A stretch of 64,000 nt of DNA from the human T2T-CHM13v2.0 reference genome, Homo sapiens. A program made the translations under genes and the position numbers. This document shows, piece by piece, positions 1 to 25,200 of the stretch. The stretch covers positions 10,528,001 through 10,592,000 of the forward strand of contig CP086569.2 of NCBI GenBank assembly GCA_009914755.4, in the 5' to 3' direction. The number at the start of each line of letters is the position of its first letter. The stretch's first letter is position 1. The notes beneath the pieces are model-generated. The model searched no databases. It saw nothing but the letters and a program-made list of their open reading frames with translations, and was not told the origin of the DNA.

Positions 1-7213
<7,213 letters not shown>

Positions 7214-9312
7214 TGAGCAGTTTGAGGCATGTGGTGAAAAAAGAAATCTTCATATAAAAACTAGACAGAAGCATTCTGAGAAACCATTTTGTGATGTGTG
7301 CATTCATCTCACAGAGTTGAATTTTCTTCCGTTGAGTAGTTTGGAAACAGTCTTTTTGTAGAATATGCAAAGGGATATTTGTGAGATTTTTGAGGCCTCT
7401 TGTGAAAAAGGAAATATCCACAAATAATATCTAGAGAGAAGGCTTCTTATAAAGTTCTTTCTGATGTGTGCATTCATCACACAGGGTTGAACCTGTCTTT
7501 GGATTGAACAGTTTGGAAACAGTTTTTTCGTAGAATCTGCAAAGGAAAATTTGTGAATGCTTTGAGGCTTCTGGTGTAAAAGAAGTATCTTCACATTAAA
7601 ACTAGACAGAAACGTTCTGAGAAACTTCTTTGTAATGTGTGCATTCATCACACACAGCTGAGCTTTCGTTTGATGTAGCAGTTTGGAAACAGTATTTTGT
7701 AGATTCTGCAAAGGGTTATTTATGAGTGGTTTCAGGCCTATGGTGAAAAAGGGAGTATCAACAAAAAAGAACTAGACAGAAACTTTCTGAGAAACTTCTC
7801 TGTGATGTGTGCATTCATCTCACAGAGTAGAAAGCTTTCTTTGATTGAGCAGTTTGGAAACAATCTTTTCGTAGAATCTGCAAAGGGATATATGTAGGCG
7901 GTTTCAGGTCTATGGTGAAAATGGAAATATCTTCACATAAAAACTAGAAAGAAGCTCTCTGAGAAAATTCTTTGTGATGTGCTCATTCATCTCACAGATT
8001 TGAAATGTTCTTTTCATTGACCAGTTTGGATAGAGTCGTTTTGTAGAATCTGCTTTGCGACATTTGTGAGCCCTTTGAAGCCTATGGTGAAAAAAGAAAT
8101 ATCTTCACACAAAAACCAGACAGAAGCTTTCTGAGAAACTTCGTTGTGATGTATGCATTCATCCCAAAGAGTTGAGCCTGTCTTTGGATTGAGCAATTTT
8201 GAAACAGTTCTTTTGTAGAATGTTCAAAGGGATATTTGGGATCCTTTTTTGGCCTATGGTGAAAAAGGAAATGTCTTCACATAAAAACTAGACAGAAACA
8301 TTCTGAGAAACTTCTTCGTGTTGTGCTCATTCATCTCACAGATTTGAAGTGTTCTTTTCATTGACCAGTTTGGATAGAGTCCTTTTGTAGGATTTGTTTT
8401 GCGATATTTGTGAGCCCTTTGAAGCCTATGGTGAAAAAAGAAATATCTTCACATAAAAACTAGACAGAAGCTTTCTGAGAAACTTCGTTGTGATGTATGC
8501 ATTCATCCCAAAGAGTTGAGCCTGTCTTTGGATTGAGCAATTTTGAAAGAGTTCTTTTGTAGAATGTTCAAAGGGATATTTGGGATCCTTTTTTGGCCTA
8601 TGGTGAAAAAGGAAATGTCTTCATATAAAAACTAGACAGAAACATTCTGAGAAACTTCTTTGTGATTTGTGCATTCTTCTCACAACTTTGAACCTCTCTT
8701 TAGATAGAGCAGGTTGGAAAATGTCTTTTAGTAGACTCTGCAAAGTGATAATTTGAATGCTTTGAGACTTACGGTGAAAAAAGAAATATCTTCACTTAAA
8801 AACTGGACAGAAGCTTTCTGAGAAATTTCTTTGTGATGTGTGCATTCATCTCAAAAAGTTGAAGCTTTGTTTCCATTGAGCAGTTTGGGAACAGTCTTTT
8901 TGTAAAATCTGTAAAGGGACATTTATGAGCACTTTGAGGCCTATATGGAAAAAGGAAACATCTTTAAATAAAAACTAGACAGAAGCTTTCTGAGAAACTT
9001 CTTTGTGATGTGTGCATTCACCTCACAGAGTTAAACCTTTCTTTTGATTGAGTAGTTTGGAAACAGTCTCTTTGTAGAATATGCAAAGGGTTATTTATTA
9101 GCAGTTTGAGGCCTGTGGTGAAAAAGGGAGTATTAACAAATAAAAACTAGACAGAAATTTCTGAGAAACTTCTCTGTGATGTGTGCATCTCGCAGAGTGG
9201 AAGCTTTCTTTGAGCCATTTGGAAACAGTCTTTTTGTAGAATCTGCAAAGGGATATATGTAGGTGGTTTGAGGTCTATGGTGAAAACGGAAATATCTTCA
9301 CATAAAAACTAA
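7214..9312. repeat. Alpha satellite, monomeric, in the OPPOSITE strand orientation (orientation B, conventional consensus orientation) to all other satellite in the window.
   Basis: Units read 'ggaaatatcttcacataaaaactagacagaagc(a/t)ttctgagaaacttctttgtgatgtgtgcattcatctcacagagttgaa…', the reverse complement of the orientation-A monomers. It returns to orientation A at ~9312 ('cataaaaacta|actgctcaatgggaag'). Confidence 0.95.
7960..8645. repeat. Tandem duplication of a ~340-bp alpha-satellite dimer (2 × 2 monomers, ~97% identical) inside the inverted block.
   Basis: The segment starting at 'gtgctcattcatctcacagatttgaa(a/g)tgttcttttcattgaccagtttggatagagtc…' recurs 340 bp later (~7980 and ~8320) with only a few substitutions. 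Confidence 0.85.
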
Positions 9313-13253
<3,941 letters not shown>

Positions 13254-16200
13254 GAAGAGAAGAATGTTTTAACTCTGTGAGAGGAATTCTCACATCTCCA
13301 AGATGTTTCACAGAAAACTTCTGTCTAGTTTTTATGTGAAGATAATTCCTTTTTCACCATATGCCTCAAAGCACTGACAAATATCCCTTTGCAGATTTTC
13401 AAGAACAGAATTTCCAATCTGCTAAATGAGGAGAAACGGTTACTTCTGTGAGATGAAGGCACACATCACAAAACAGTTTATCAGAAATATTCTGTCTAGT
13501 ATTTATGTAAAGATAATTCCTTTTTCAACATAGGACACAAAGCGCTAATAACCAGTTGGACATTCTACAAAATACTGTTCACAAACTGCTCATCAAAAGA
13601 AAGTTTCACCTCTGTGGGATGAATGCATATATAAAAAGATGTTTCTCAGAAAGCTTCTATATTGTTTTTATGTGAATGAGTTTCCCTTTTCACCATGGGC
13701 CTCAAAGTGCTCAAAAATATCCCTTTGCAGATCCTAAAAAAAAAACTGTTTCCAAACTGTTGAGTCAAAGAATGGTTCAACTCTGTGACACGAATGCACA
13801 CATCAAAAAGAAGTTTCTCGCAAACCTTTATACTTTTTATGTGAAGATGTTTCCTTTAACCATAGACCTCAAAATGCTCGCAAATATACCTTTGCAGAAT
13901 CCACAAAAAGACGGTTTCCCAACTGCTGAATCAAAAGAATTGTTGAACTCTGTGGGATGAATGCATACCTCACAAAGCAGTTGCTCAGAATTCTTTAGTC
14001 TAGTTTTTATGTGAAGATATTTTCTCTTTCACCATAGGCCTCAAAGTGCTCAGAAATATCCCTTTACAGATTCCACAAAAAGATGTTTCTAAACTGCTCA
14101 ATCAAAATAAAGTTTCAGTTCTGTGAGATGAATGCACACATCACCAAGAAGTTTCTCAGTAGGGTTCTATCTAGTTTTTATGTGAAGACAATTCCTTTTT
14201 CACCACAGGGCTCTATACACTCATAAATGTCCCTTAGCAGAATCTAATACAACAGAGTTTCCCAACTGATCAAAGAAAATCATTGATTACCTCTGTAAGA
14301 TGAGAGCAGACATCACAAAACAGTTTCTGAGAAACCTTCTTTATAGTTTTCTGTAAAGATACTTCTTTTTCTACATAGGCCTCAAAGTGCTCACAAATAT
14401 CCATTTGCAGATTCTGCAAATATACTGTTTCCAAAACTGCTGAATCAAAGGAGGTTCAACTATGTCAGATGAATGCACATATCACAAAGAAGTATCTCAG
14501 AAAATTTATTTACACTTTGTATGTGAAGATATTTCCTTTGTCAACATAAGCCTCAAAGTGCTGAAAAATAACCCTTTTCAGATTGTACAAGAACAGAGTT
14601 TCCAGACTGAACAGAGAAAATAAATGCTTACCTCTGTGAGATGAATACACACACCACAAGGCTGTTTTTAGGGAAAATGCTTTACAGTTCTTATGTGAAG
14701 ATATGTCCTTTTCCACCATAGGCCTCACAGCGTTCCAAACATCCACTTGTAGATTCTACAAAAAGAGTGTTTCAAAACTGCTCAATCAAAGAAAAGGTTC
14801 AAATCTGTGAGATGAATTCAAACAACACAAAGAAGTTTCTCAGAATGCTCCTAATTTTTATGTTATTTCCTTTTCCACCATAGGCATCAAAGGACTCCAA
14901 ATATCCACATACAGATACTATAAAAAGACAGTTTCCAAACTGCTCAATCAAAAGTGTGGTTCAACTCTCTGAGATGAATACACACATCACTAAGAGGTTT
15001 CTCAAAATGCTTCTGTCTAGTTTTTACATGAAGATAATTCCTTTTCCAACAAAGGCTTCGAATCACAACAAATATCCACTTACAGATTCTACAAAAAGAG
15101 TATTTCAAAACTGGTCAATCAAAAGAAAGTTTGAACTCGGTGAGATGAATGCACACATCACAAAGCAGTTTCTCAGAATGCTTCTGTCGAGATTTTATGT
15201 GAAGATATTTACTTTTCCACTAGAGTCCACAAAGCTCTCCAAATATCCAATTTCAGATTCTATAAAAAGAGTGTTTCAACACTGCTCAAAGAAAAGAAAG
15301 GTTCAACTTTGTGAGTTGAATGCACACAGCACAAAGACGTTTCTCAGATTGCTTCTGTCTAGTTTTTATGTGAAGATATTCCCTTTTCCACCATAGGCCC
15401 CAAAGCACACCAAATATCCACTTGCAGATTCTACAAAAAGTGTGTTTCCAAACTGCTCAATCAAAAGAAAGGTTCAACTCGGTGAGGTGAATGCCCACAT
15501 CACAAAGAAGTTCCTGAGAATGCTTCTGTCTACTTTCTATGTGAAGATATTTTCTTTTCCACTAGAGGCTGCCAAGCACTCCAAATATCCACTTGCAGAT
15601 ACTACAAAAAGAGTGTTTCAAAACTGCTCAATCAAAAGAAATGTTCAAATCTGTGAGGTAAATGCACACATCCCAAAGAAGTTTCTCAGAATGCTTCTAA
15701 TTTTTATGTAAAGATACTTCCTTTTCCACCATAGGCCTTAAAGCGCTCCAAATATCGATTTACAGATACTACAAAAAGACTATTTCCAAACTGCTCAGAC
15801 AAAGCAATTGTTCAACTCTGTGAGTTGAATGCACACATCACAAAGAAGTTTCTCAGAATGCTTCTGTCTAGTTTTTATGTGAAGATATTTCCTTTTCCAT
15901 TGTAGGCTGCTAATCGCTCCAAATATCCACTTGCAGAGTCTACAAAAAGAGTGTTTCAAAACTGCTGAATCAAAAGAAAGGTTCAACTCTGACAGTTCAA
16001 TGCACACATCACAAAGAAGTTTCTCAGAATGCTTCTCTGTAGTTTTTAGGTGAAGATATTTCCTTTTCCACCATAGGCCTCAAAGTGCTCCAAGTATCCA
16101 GTTGCAGATGCTACAAAAAGTCTGTTTTCAAACTGCCCAATTAATAGAAATGTTCAACTCTGTGAGTTGAATGCACACATCACAAATAATTTTCTCAGAA

Positions 16201-19200
16201 TGGTTCCGTATAGTTTCTAAGTGAAGATATTTCCTTTTCCACCTGAAGCCACAAAGCACTCCAAATATCCATTGAAGATTCTACAAAAAGTGTGTTTCAA
16301 AACTGCTCAATCCAAAGAAAGGTTTAACTCTGTGAGTTGAATGCCTGCATCACAAAGAAGTTTCTCAGAATGCTTCTGTCTAGGTTTTATGTGAAGATAT
16401 TACCTTTTCCACTTTAGGCAGCAAAGCTCTCCAAATATACACTTGAAGGTTCTACGAAGAGTGTTTCAAAACTGTTCAATGAAAAGAAAATGTTCAACTC
16501 AGTGACATGAATGCACACATCACAAAGAAGTTTCTTGGAATGCTTCTGTCTGGTTTTTGTGTGAGGATATTTTCTTTTCCACCATTGGCCACAAAGCGCT
16601 CCAAATATCCACATGCAGATACTACAGAAAGACTGTTTCCAAACTGCTCAATCAAAAGAGTGGTTCAACTCTCCCAGATGAATGCACACATCACAAAGAA
16701 GCTACTCAGAATGCTTCTGTCTAGTTTTTATGTGAAGATATTTCCTTTTCCAATATTGGCCTCTAAGCACTCCAAATATACATTTGTAGATGCTACAAAA
16801 AGAAAGTTTCAAAACTGCTTAATCAGAAGATTGCTTCAAATCTGTGAGTTGAATGCACACATCTCGAAGAAGTTTCTCAGAATGTTTCTCTCTAGTTTTT
16901 TTGTGAAGATATTTCCTCTTCCACCAGAGGCCGCAAAGCACTCCAAATATCCATTTGTGGATTCTACAAAAAGACTGTTTCCAAACTGCTCAGTGAAAAG
17001 TAAGTTTCAGCTCTGTAAGAAGAAGGCACACATCACAAAGAAATTTCTCTAAAAGTTTCTGTCTAGTTTTTATGTGAAATTATTTTCAGTTGCCCTAGAG
17101 GGCACAAAGGGCTCTAAAATATCCCTTTGCAGATTCTAGAAAACGACTGATTCAAAACTGTTCAATCTAAAGAAAGGTTCAACTCTGTAAGATGAATGCA
17201 CACATCACAAAGAAGTTTCTCAGAAAGTTTCTGTCTAGTTTTTATGTGAAGATATTTCCTATTGCCCCAGAGGCCTCAATGGGTTCACAAATATCCCTTT
17301 GCAGATTGTACAAAACGACAGGTTTCCAAACTGCTTAATCGAAAGAAAGGTTTACCTCTGTGATATGAATGCACACATCATAAACAAGTTTCTCAGAATG
17401 CTTCTGTCTAGTTTTAATGTGAGGATGTTTCCCTTTCCACTGTAGTCTGCAAAGCACTCGAAATATACACTTGTGGATTCTACAGAAGGACTGTTTCCAA
17501 ACTTCTCAATCAAAAGAAAGATTCAACTCTGTGAGATGAATGCGCAAATCACAAGAAGTTACTAAGAATGCTTCTGTCTAGTTTTAATGTGAAGTTATTT
17601 CCTTTTCCACTATAGGCCACAAATGGCTCCAAATATACACGTGCAGATTCCATAAAAAGAGGGTTTCCAAACTGCTCAATCAAAAGAAATGTTCAACTCT
17701 GTGAGATGAATGCAAAAATCACAGAGAAGTTTCTCAGAATGCTTCTTTCTAGGTTTTATGTGAAGATATATCCTTTTCCTCTACAGGTCCCAAAACAGTA
17801 CAAATATCCACTTGCAGATACTACAAGAAGAGTGTTTCAAAACTGCTCAATCAAAAGGAAGGTTCAACTCTGTGAAATGAATGCACACATAAAAAAGAAG
17901 TTCCTCAGAATACTTCTGTCAAGTTTTTATGTGAATATATTTCCTTTTTCAACATATGCCTCAAAGCACTCCAAATATCCATTTGCAGATATTACAGAAA
18001 GACTCTTTCCAAACTGCTCAATCAAAAGAAATGTTCAACTCTGTGAGATGAATGCACACATCAGAAGGAAGTTTCTCAGAATGTTTCTGTCTAGTTCTTA
18101 TCTGAAGATATTTCCTATTTCTCCAGAGGCCTCAATGGTGTGACAAATATCCCTCTACAGAGTCTACAAAACGACTGTTTCCAAACTGCCCAATCAATAC
18201 AAAGGTTCAAGTCTGTGAAATGAAGGCACACATAACAAGGAAGTTTCTCAGATTGCTTCTGTCTATTTTTTATGTGAAGATATTTCCTTTTCACTGTAGG
18301 TCTCAAAGCACTCCAAATATCCACTTGCAGATTCTACAAAAAGACTGATTCCAAACTGCCCAATCAAAAGAAAGTTTCAACTCTGTGAGATAAATGCACA
18401 GATCAAAAAGAAGTTTCTCAGAATACTTCTGTCTAATTTTTATGTGAAGATATTTCCTTTTCTGCCACAGGCCTCAAAGCTCTCAAAAATATCCACCTGC
18501 AGATATGACAAAAAGAGTGTTTCAAAACTGCTCAATCAAAAGAAAGTTTCAACTCTGTGAGTTGAATACACTCATCACAAATAAGTTTCTCAATGCTTCG
18601 GGCTAGTATGTATGTGAAGATATGTCCTTTTCCACCGTAAGCCTCAATCCGCTCCAAATATCCAATTGAAGGTACTACAAAAAGAGTGTTTCAAAACTGA
18701 TAAATCAAAGGAAAGGTTCAACTCTGTGAGTTGAATGCAGACATCACAAAGACGTATCTCAGATTGCTTCTGTATAGTTTTTATGTGAAGATATTTCCTT
18801 TTCCACCATGGGCCCCAAAGTGTTCCAAACATCCACATGCAGATTCTACAAAAAGAGTGTTTCAAAACTTCTCAATCAAAAGAAACGTTCAACTCTGTGA
18901 GATGAGTGCACACATCACAAAGAAGTTTCTCAGAATCCTTCAGTCTAATTTTTATGAGAAGATATTTCCTTTTCCAACATAGGCCTCAAAGTGCTCCAAA
19001 TATCCACTTACAGATTCTACAAAAAGAGTGCTTCAAAACTGCTCAATCAATAGAAAGGTTCAACTCCGTGGAAAGAACGCACACTTCAAAAAGAAATTTC
19101 TCAGGATGCTTCTGTCTAATTTTTATTTGAAGATATTTCCTTTTCCACCATAGGCCTCAAAGCAGTCCAAATATCCACCTGCAGATTCTACAAAAAGAGT

Positions 19201-22200
19201 GTTTCAAAACTGCTTAATTAAAAGAAAGGTTCAACTCTGTGAGATGAAGGAACACATCCCAAAGAAGTTTCTCAGAATGCTTCTATCTAGTTTTTATGTG
19301 AAGATATTTCCTTTTCCAGTAAAGGCCACAAATCACACAAAATATCCACTTGCAGACTGTACAAAAAGAGTGTTTCAACACTACTCAATTAAAAAAAAAG
19401 GTTCAAGTCTATGAGATGAATGCAGACATCACAAAGAAGATTCTCAGAATGCTGCTGTTTAGTTTTTATGTGAAGATATTTCCTTTTCCACCATAGGCAA
19501 CAAGGTGCTCCAAAAATACACTTGCAGATTCTACAAAAGGACGGTTTCAAAACTGCTCAATCAAAAGAAGAGTTCAACTCGGTGAGATGAAGGCCCACAT
19601 CAAAAAGAAGTTTCTCAGAATGCTTCTGTCAAGTTTTTATGTGAAGATGCTTCCTTTTCCACCATAGGCCTCAATGCGCTCAATCAAAAGAAACGTTCAA
19701 CTCTATGAGACGAATGCACACATGAGAAAGAAGTTTCTCAGAATGCATCTGTCTAGTTTCTGTGTGAAGATATTTCCGTTTCCACCATTGATGCCAAAGT
19801 GCTCCAAACATCCACTTGCAGATTCTACAAAAAGAGTGTTTCAAAAATGGTGAATCAAAAGAAATGTTCAACTCAGTGAGATTAACGCACACGTCAAAAA
19901 GAAGTTTCTCAGAATGCTTCTGTCAAGTTTTTATGTGAAGATATTTCCTTTTTCACCTAGGCCACATAGCACTCCAAATATCCACTTGTAGATTCTACAA
20001 AAAAAAAAAGTGTTTCAAAACAGCTCAATCAAAAGAAAGTTTCATCTCTGTGAGTTGAATGCAGACATAACAAACAAGATCCTCAGAATGCTTCTGTCTT
20101 GTTTTTATTTGAAAATATTTCCTTTTCCACAATAGTCTGCAAAGTGCTCCAAATATCCACTTGCACATTCGACAAAAGGAGTATTTCAAAACTGCTCAAT
20201 CAAAAGAAAGATTCAACACTTTGAGATGAATGCACACATAACAAAGTAGTTTCTCAGAATGCTTCTGTCTAGCTTTCATGTTAAGATATTTCCTTTTCGA
20301 CCATAGGCCTCAATGTGCTCAATCAAAAGAAAGATTCAACTCTGTGAGATGAATGCACACATGAGAAACAAGTTTCTCAGAATGCTTCTGTCTAGTTTCT
20401 ATGTGAAGATATTTCCGTTTCCACAATAGATGGCAAAGTGCTCCAAACATCCACTTGCAAACTACATAAAGACTGTTTCAAAAATGCTGAATCAAAGAAA
20501 TTTTCAACTCGGTGAGATGAATGCACACATAAAAAAGAAGTTTCTCAGAATGCTTCTGTCTAGTTTTTATGTGAAGATATTTCCTTTTCCACCTTAGGCC
20601 ACAAAGTGCTCCAAATATCCACTTGCAGATTCCACAAAAAGTGTGTTTCAAAACTGCTCAATAAAAAGAAATGTTCAACTCTGTGAGATGAATGCACACA
20701 TCACAGAGAAGTTTCTCAGAATTCTTCTGTGAATTTTTTATGTGTAGATAATTCTTTTCCACCATAAGCCTCAAAGCGCTCCATATATCCACTTGTAGAT
20801 TCCACAAAAAGAATGTTTCAAAACTGTCCAACTGAAAGAAAGGTTCAACTCTGTGAGATGAATGCACACATCACAAAGATGTATCTCAGAATGCTTCTAA
20901 TTTTTATGTGAAGATATTTCCTTTTCCACCACAGGACTCAAAGAACTCTAAATCTCCACTTCCAGATTCTACAAATACAGTGTTTCAGAACTGCTCAATG
21001 AAAAGAAAGGTTCAACTCTGCGAGATGAATGCACACATCACAGAGAAGTTTCTCAGAAATCTTCTGTGAAGTTTTTATGTGAAGATAATTCTTTTCCACG
21101 TGAAGATAATTCTTTTCCACATTAAGCCTCAAAGCACTCCATATATCCACTTGTAGATTCCACAATAAGAGTGTCTCAAAACTGTTCAATTAAAAGAAAG
21201 GTTCAACTCTGTGAGATGAATGCACACATCACAAAGAGGTTTCTCAGAATGCTTCTGCCTAGTTTTTAAGTGAAGATAGTTCCTTTTCCACCATAGACCA
21301 CAAAGTACTCCAAATACACACTTGCAGATTTCACAAAAGAGTTTTTCAAAAGTGCTCAATCAAAAGAAAGGTAGAACTCTGTGAGGTGAATGCACGCATC
21401 AGAAAGAGGTTTCTCAGAATGCATTTGTCAAGTTTTTATGTGAAGATATTTCCTTTTCCACCATAAGCCACAGAGCGCTCCAAATACCCATTTACATATT
21501 CCACTAAAAGAGTGTTTCCAAACTAATTAATCAAAAGAAAGGTTCAACTCTGTGACTTTAATGCACACATCATAAAGAAGTTTCTCAGAATGCTTCTGTG
21601 TAGTTTTTATATGAAGATATTTCTTTGTCCAACATAGGACCCAAAGTTCTCCAAATATCCACAGGAAGATTCTATACAAAGAGTGTTTCAAAACTCCTTA
21701 ATCAAAAGAAAGTTCAACTCATGTATGAGAAGAATGCATACATCATGAATTTTCTCAAAATGTTTCTGTCTAGTTTTTATGTGAAGATATTACCTTTTCC
21801 TCCATGGGACTCAAAATGCTCCAAATATCTACTTGCAAATTCTACCAAAAGAGTGTTACAAAACTGCTCAATCAAAAGAAAAGTTTAACTCTGTGAGATG
21901 AATGTATACATCACAAAGAAGTTTCTCAGAATGCTTCTGTTGTTGTGTGAAGATATTTCCTTTTTTACCATAGGCCGCAAGGCATCCCAAATGTCTACTG
22001 GCAGATTCTACAAAGAGAGTGTTTCAAAACTGCTCAATCAAAAGAAAGATTCAACTCTGTGAGATGAATGCACACATCACAAAGAAGTTTCTGATAATGC
22101 TTCTGTCTAGTTTTTATGTGAAGATATTTTCTTTTCCACCATAGGCCTCAAAGTGCTCCAAATATCCACTTACAGATTCTACAAAAAGAGTGTTTCCAAA

Positions 22201-25200
22201 CTGCTCAATAAAAAGAAAGGTTCAACTCTGTGTGATGAATGCACACATGACAAAGAAGTTTCCCGGAACGTTTCTGTCTAGTTTTTATAGGAAGGTATTG
22301 CCCTTTACACTATCGGCTGCAAATTGTGCCAAATATCCAATTGCAGACTATACAAAAACAGTGTTTCAAAACAGCTCAATCAAAAGAAATGTTCAACTCT
22401 TTGAGATGAATGCACACATCACAAAGAATTGTCTCTGCATGCTTTCGTTTGGTTTTTATGTGAAGATATTTCCTTTTCCACCATAGGCCTCAAACCCCTC
22501 CAAATATCCACTTACAGATTCTCCAAAAGAGGGTTTCCAAACTGCTCAATCAAAAGAAAGTTTCAACACTGTGAGATGAATGCACACATCACAAAGAAGT
22601 TTCTCAGAATGTTTCTGTCTACTTTTTATGTGAAGATATTTTCTTTTACACCATAGGCTGCAAATCGCTCCAAATATCCACTAGCAGACTCCAGACAAGT
22701 AGTGTTTGTAAACTGCTCAATTAAAGGAAAGTTTCACCTTTGTGTGATGAATGCACACATCACAAAGAAGTTTCTCAGAATCCTTCTGTCTAGTTTTTAT
22801 TTGAAGACATTTCATTTTCCGCCACAGGCCACAAAGCTCGCCAAGTATACACTTGCAGATTCTACAAAAAGAGTGTTTCAAAACTGCTCAATCAAAAGAA
22901 ACGTTCAACTCTGTGAGATGAATGCACACATCACAAAGAAGTTTTTGAGAGTGCCTCTGTGTAGTTTTAATGTGAAGATATTTCCTTGTCCATGATAGGC
23001 CTCAAAGGGCTCCAAATGTCCACTTGCAGATTCTACAAAAAGAGTGTTTCCAAACTGCTCAATCAAAAGAAAGATTCAATTCTGTGTGATGAATTTATTC
23101 ATCACCAAGTAGTTTCTGAGAATGCTTCTGTGTAGTTTTTATGTGAAGATATTTCCTTTTCCACAATAGGCCTCAAAGGGCTCCAAATATCCACTTGCAG
23201 ATTCTACAAAAAGAGTGTTTCCAAACTGCTCAATGAAAGAAAAGTTTCAATTCTGTAAGATGAATGCACACATCACAGAGAAGTTTCCCAGAATGCTTCT
23301 GTGTAGTTTTTATGGAAAGATATATCCTTTTCCACAATTGGCCACAAACAGTTCAAAATATCCACATGCAGATTCTACAAAAAAAAAAAGATTCAAAACT
23401 GCTCTATCAAAAGAGAGGTTCAATCGTTCGAGTTGCATACACACATCACAAAGAAGTTTCTCAGAATGCTTCTGTTTAGTTTTTATGTAAAGACATTCCC
23501 TTTTCCACCAAAGACCTCAAAGCTCTCCAAATATCCACTTGCAGATTCTCCAAAAAGAGTGTTTCAAAATTGCTCAATCAAAAGAAGGTTCAACTCTGTG
23601 AGATGAATGCACACATCACAAAGACGTTTCTCAGAATGCTTCTGTGTAGTTATTATGTGAAGATATTTCCTTTTCCACCATTGGCTGCAAATGGCTCCAA
23701 ATATCCACTTGCAGATTCTAAAAACAGAGTTTCAAAACTGCTCTAACGGAAGATAAGCTCAACTCTGTGGGTGGAATGCACACATCACAAAGAAGTTCCT
23801 GAGAAGGCTTCTGTGTAGTTTTTATGTGAAGATATTTCCTTCTCCACCATAGCCCTCAAAGTGCTCCAAATATCCACTTAGAGATTCTACAAAAAGTGTT
23901 TCAAAACTGCTAAATCAAAAGACAGGTTCAATTCTATGAGATGAATGCACACATCACAAAGAAGATTCTCAGAATGTTTCTGTGTAGATTTAGTGTGAAG
24001 ATATTTCCTTTTCAACATTAGGCCTTGAAGCCCTCCAAATATCCACTTGAAGATTCTACAAAAAGAGTGTTTCAAAACTGCTCATTCAAATGAAAGTTCC
24101 AAATCTGTGAGATGAATGCACACATCACAAAGAAGTTTCTTAGAATACTTCTGTGAAGTGTTTAGGTGAAGATATTTTCTTTTCCACCATAGGCCACACA
24201 GGGCTCCAAATATTCACCTGCCAAATCTACAAAAAGAGAGTTTCAAAAGTGCTGTGTCAAAAGATAGGTTCAACTCTGCCAGTTGAATGCACACATCACA
24301 AAGAAGTTTCTCAAAATGCTTCTTTGTAGTTTTTATTTTTATTTTTTGCAGATAGTTCCTTTTCCACCATAGACCACTAATGGCTCCAAATATCCACTTG
24401 CAGATTCTACAAAAGAGAGTTTCAAAACAGCTCTACCAAAGATATGTTCAACCCTGTGAGTTAAATGGATACATCACCAAGAAGTTTCTCTGATTGCTTC
24501 TTTGTGGTTTTTATGTGAAGATATTTCCTTTTCCACCATAGTTCTCAAAGCGCTCCAAATATCCACTTGCAGATCTTACAAAAAGAGTGTCTCAAAACTC
24601 CTCAATCAAAAGAAAGGTTCAACTCTGTGAGATGAATGCACACATCACAAAGAAGTTTCTCAGAATGCTCTTTGTAGTTTTCATGTGAAGATATTTCCTT
24701 TTCCACCGTAGGCCACAAAGGACTCCAAATATCCACTTGCAGATTCCACAGGAAGAGAGTTTCAAAGCTGCTCTATCAAAAGATAGGTAAAACTCTGTGA
24801 GTTGAATGCACACATCACCAAGAAGGTTCTGAGAAAGTTTTGTGTAGTTTTTAGTGAAGATATTTCCTTTTCCACCATAGGCCTCAAGGCACTCCAAATA
24901 TCCACTTGAAGATTCTACAAAAAGAGAGTTTCAAACCTGCTCAATCAAAAGAATGGTTCAACTCTGTGAGATGAATGAAGACATCATGAAGAAATTTCTC
25001 AGAGTGCTTCTGTGTAGTTTTTATGTGAAGATATTTCCTTTTCCACCATAGGCCACAAAGGGCTCTAAATATCCACTTGCAGATTTTAAAAAAAGAGAGT
25101 TTCAAAACTGCTCTGTCAAAAGAAAGGTTAAACTCTGTGATATGAATGCACACATCAAAAAGTAGTTTCTCAGTATGCTTCTGTGTAGTTTTTATGTGAA

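Noticed and set aside
19776-20430. 'tccgtttcc' variants in monomers as possible CENP-B boxes.
   Set aside because: They match only a few positions of the 17-bp box. They are simple variants of the 'ttccttttccaccatagg' segment.
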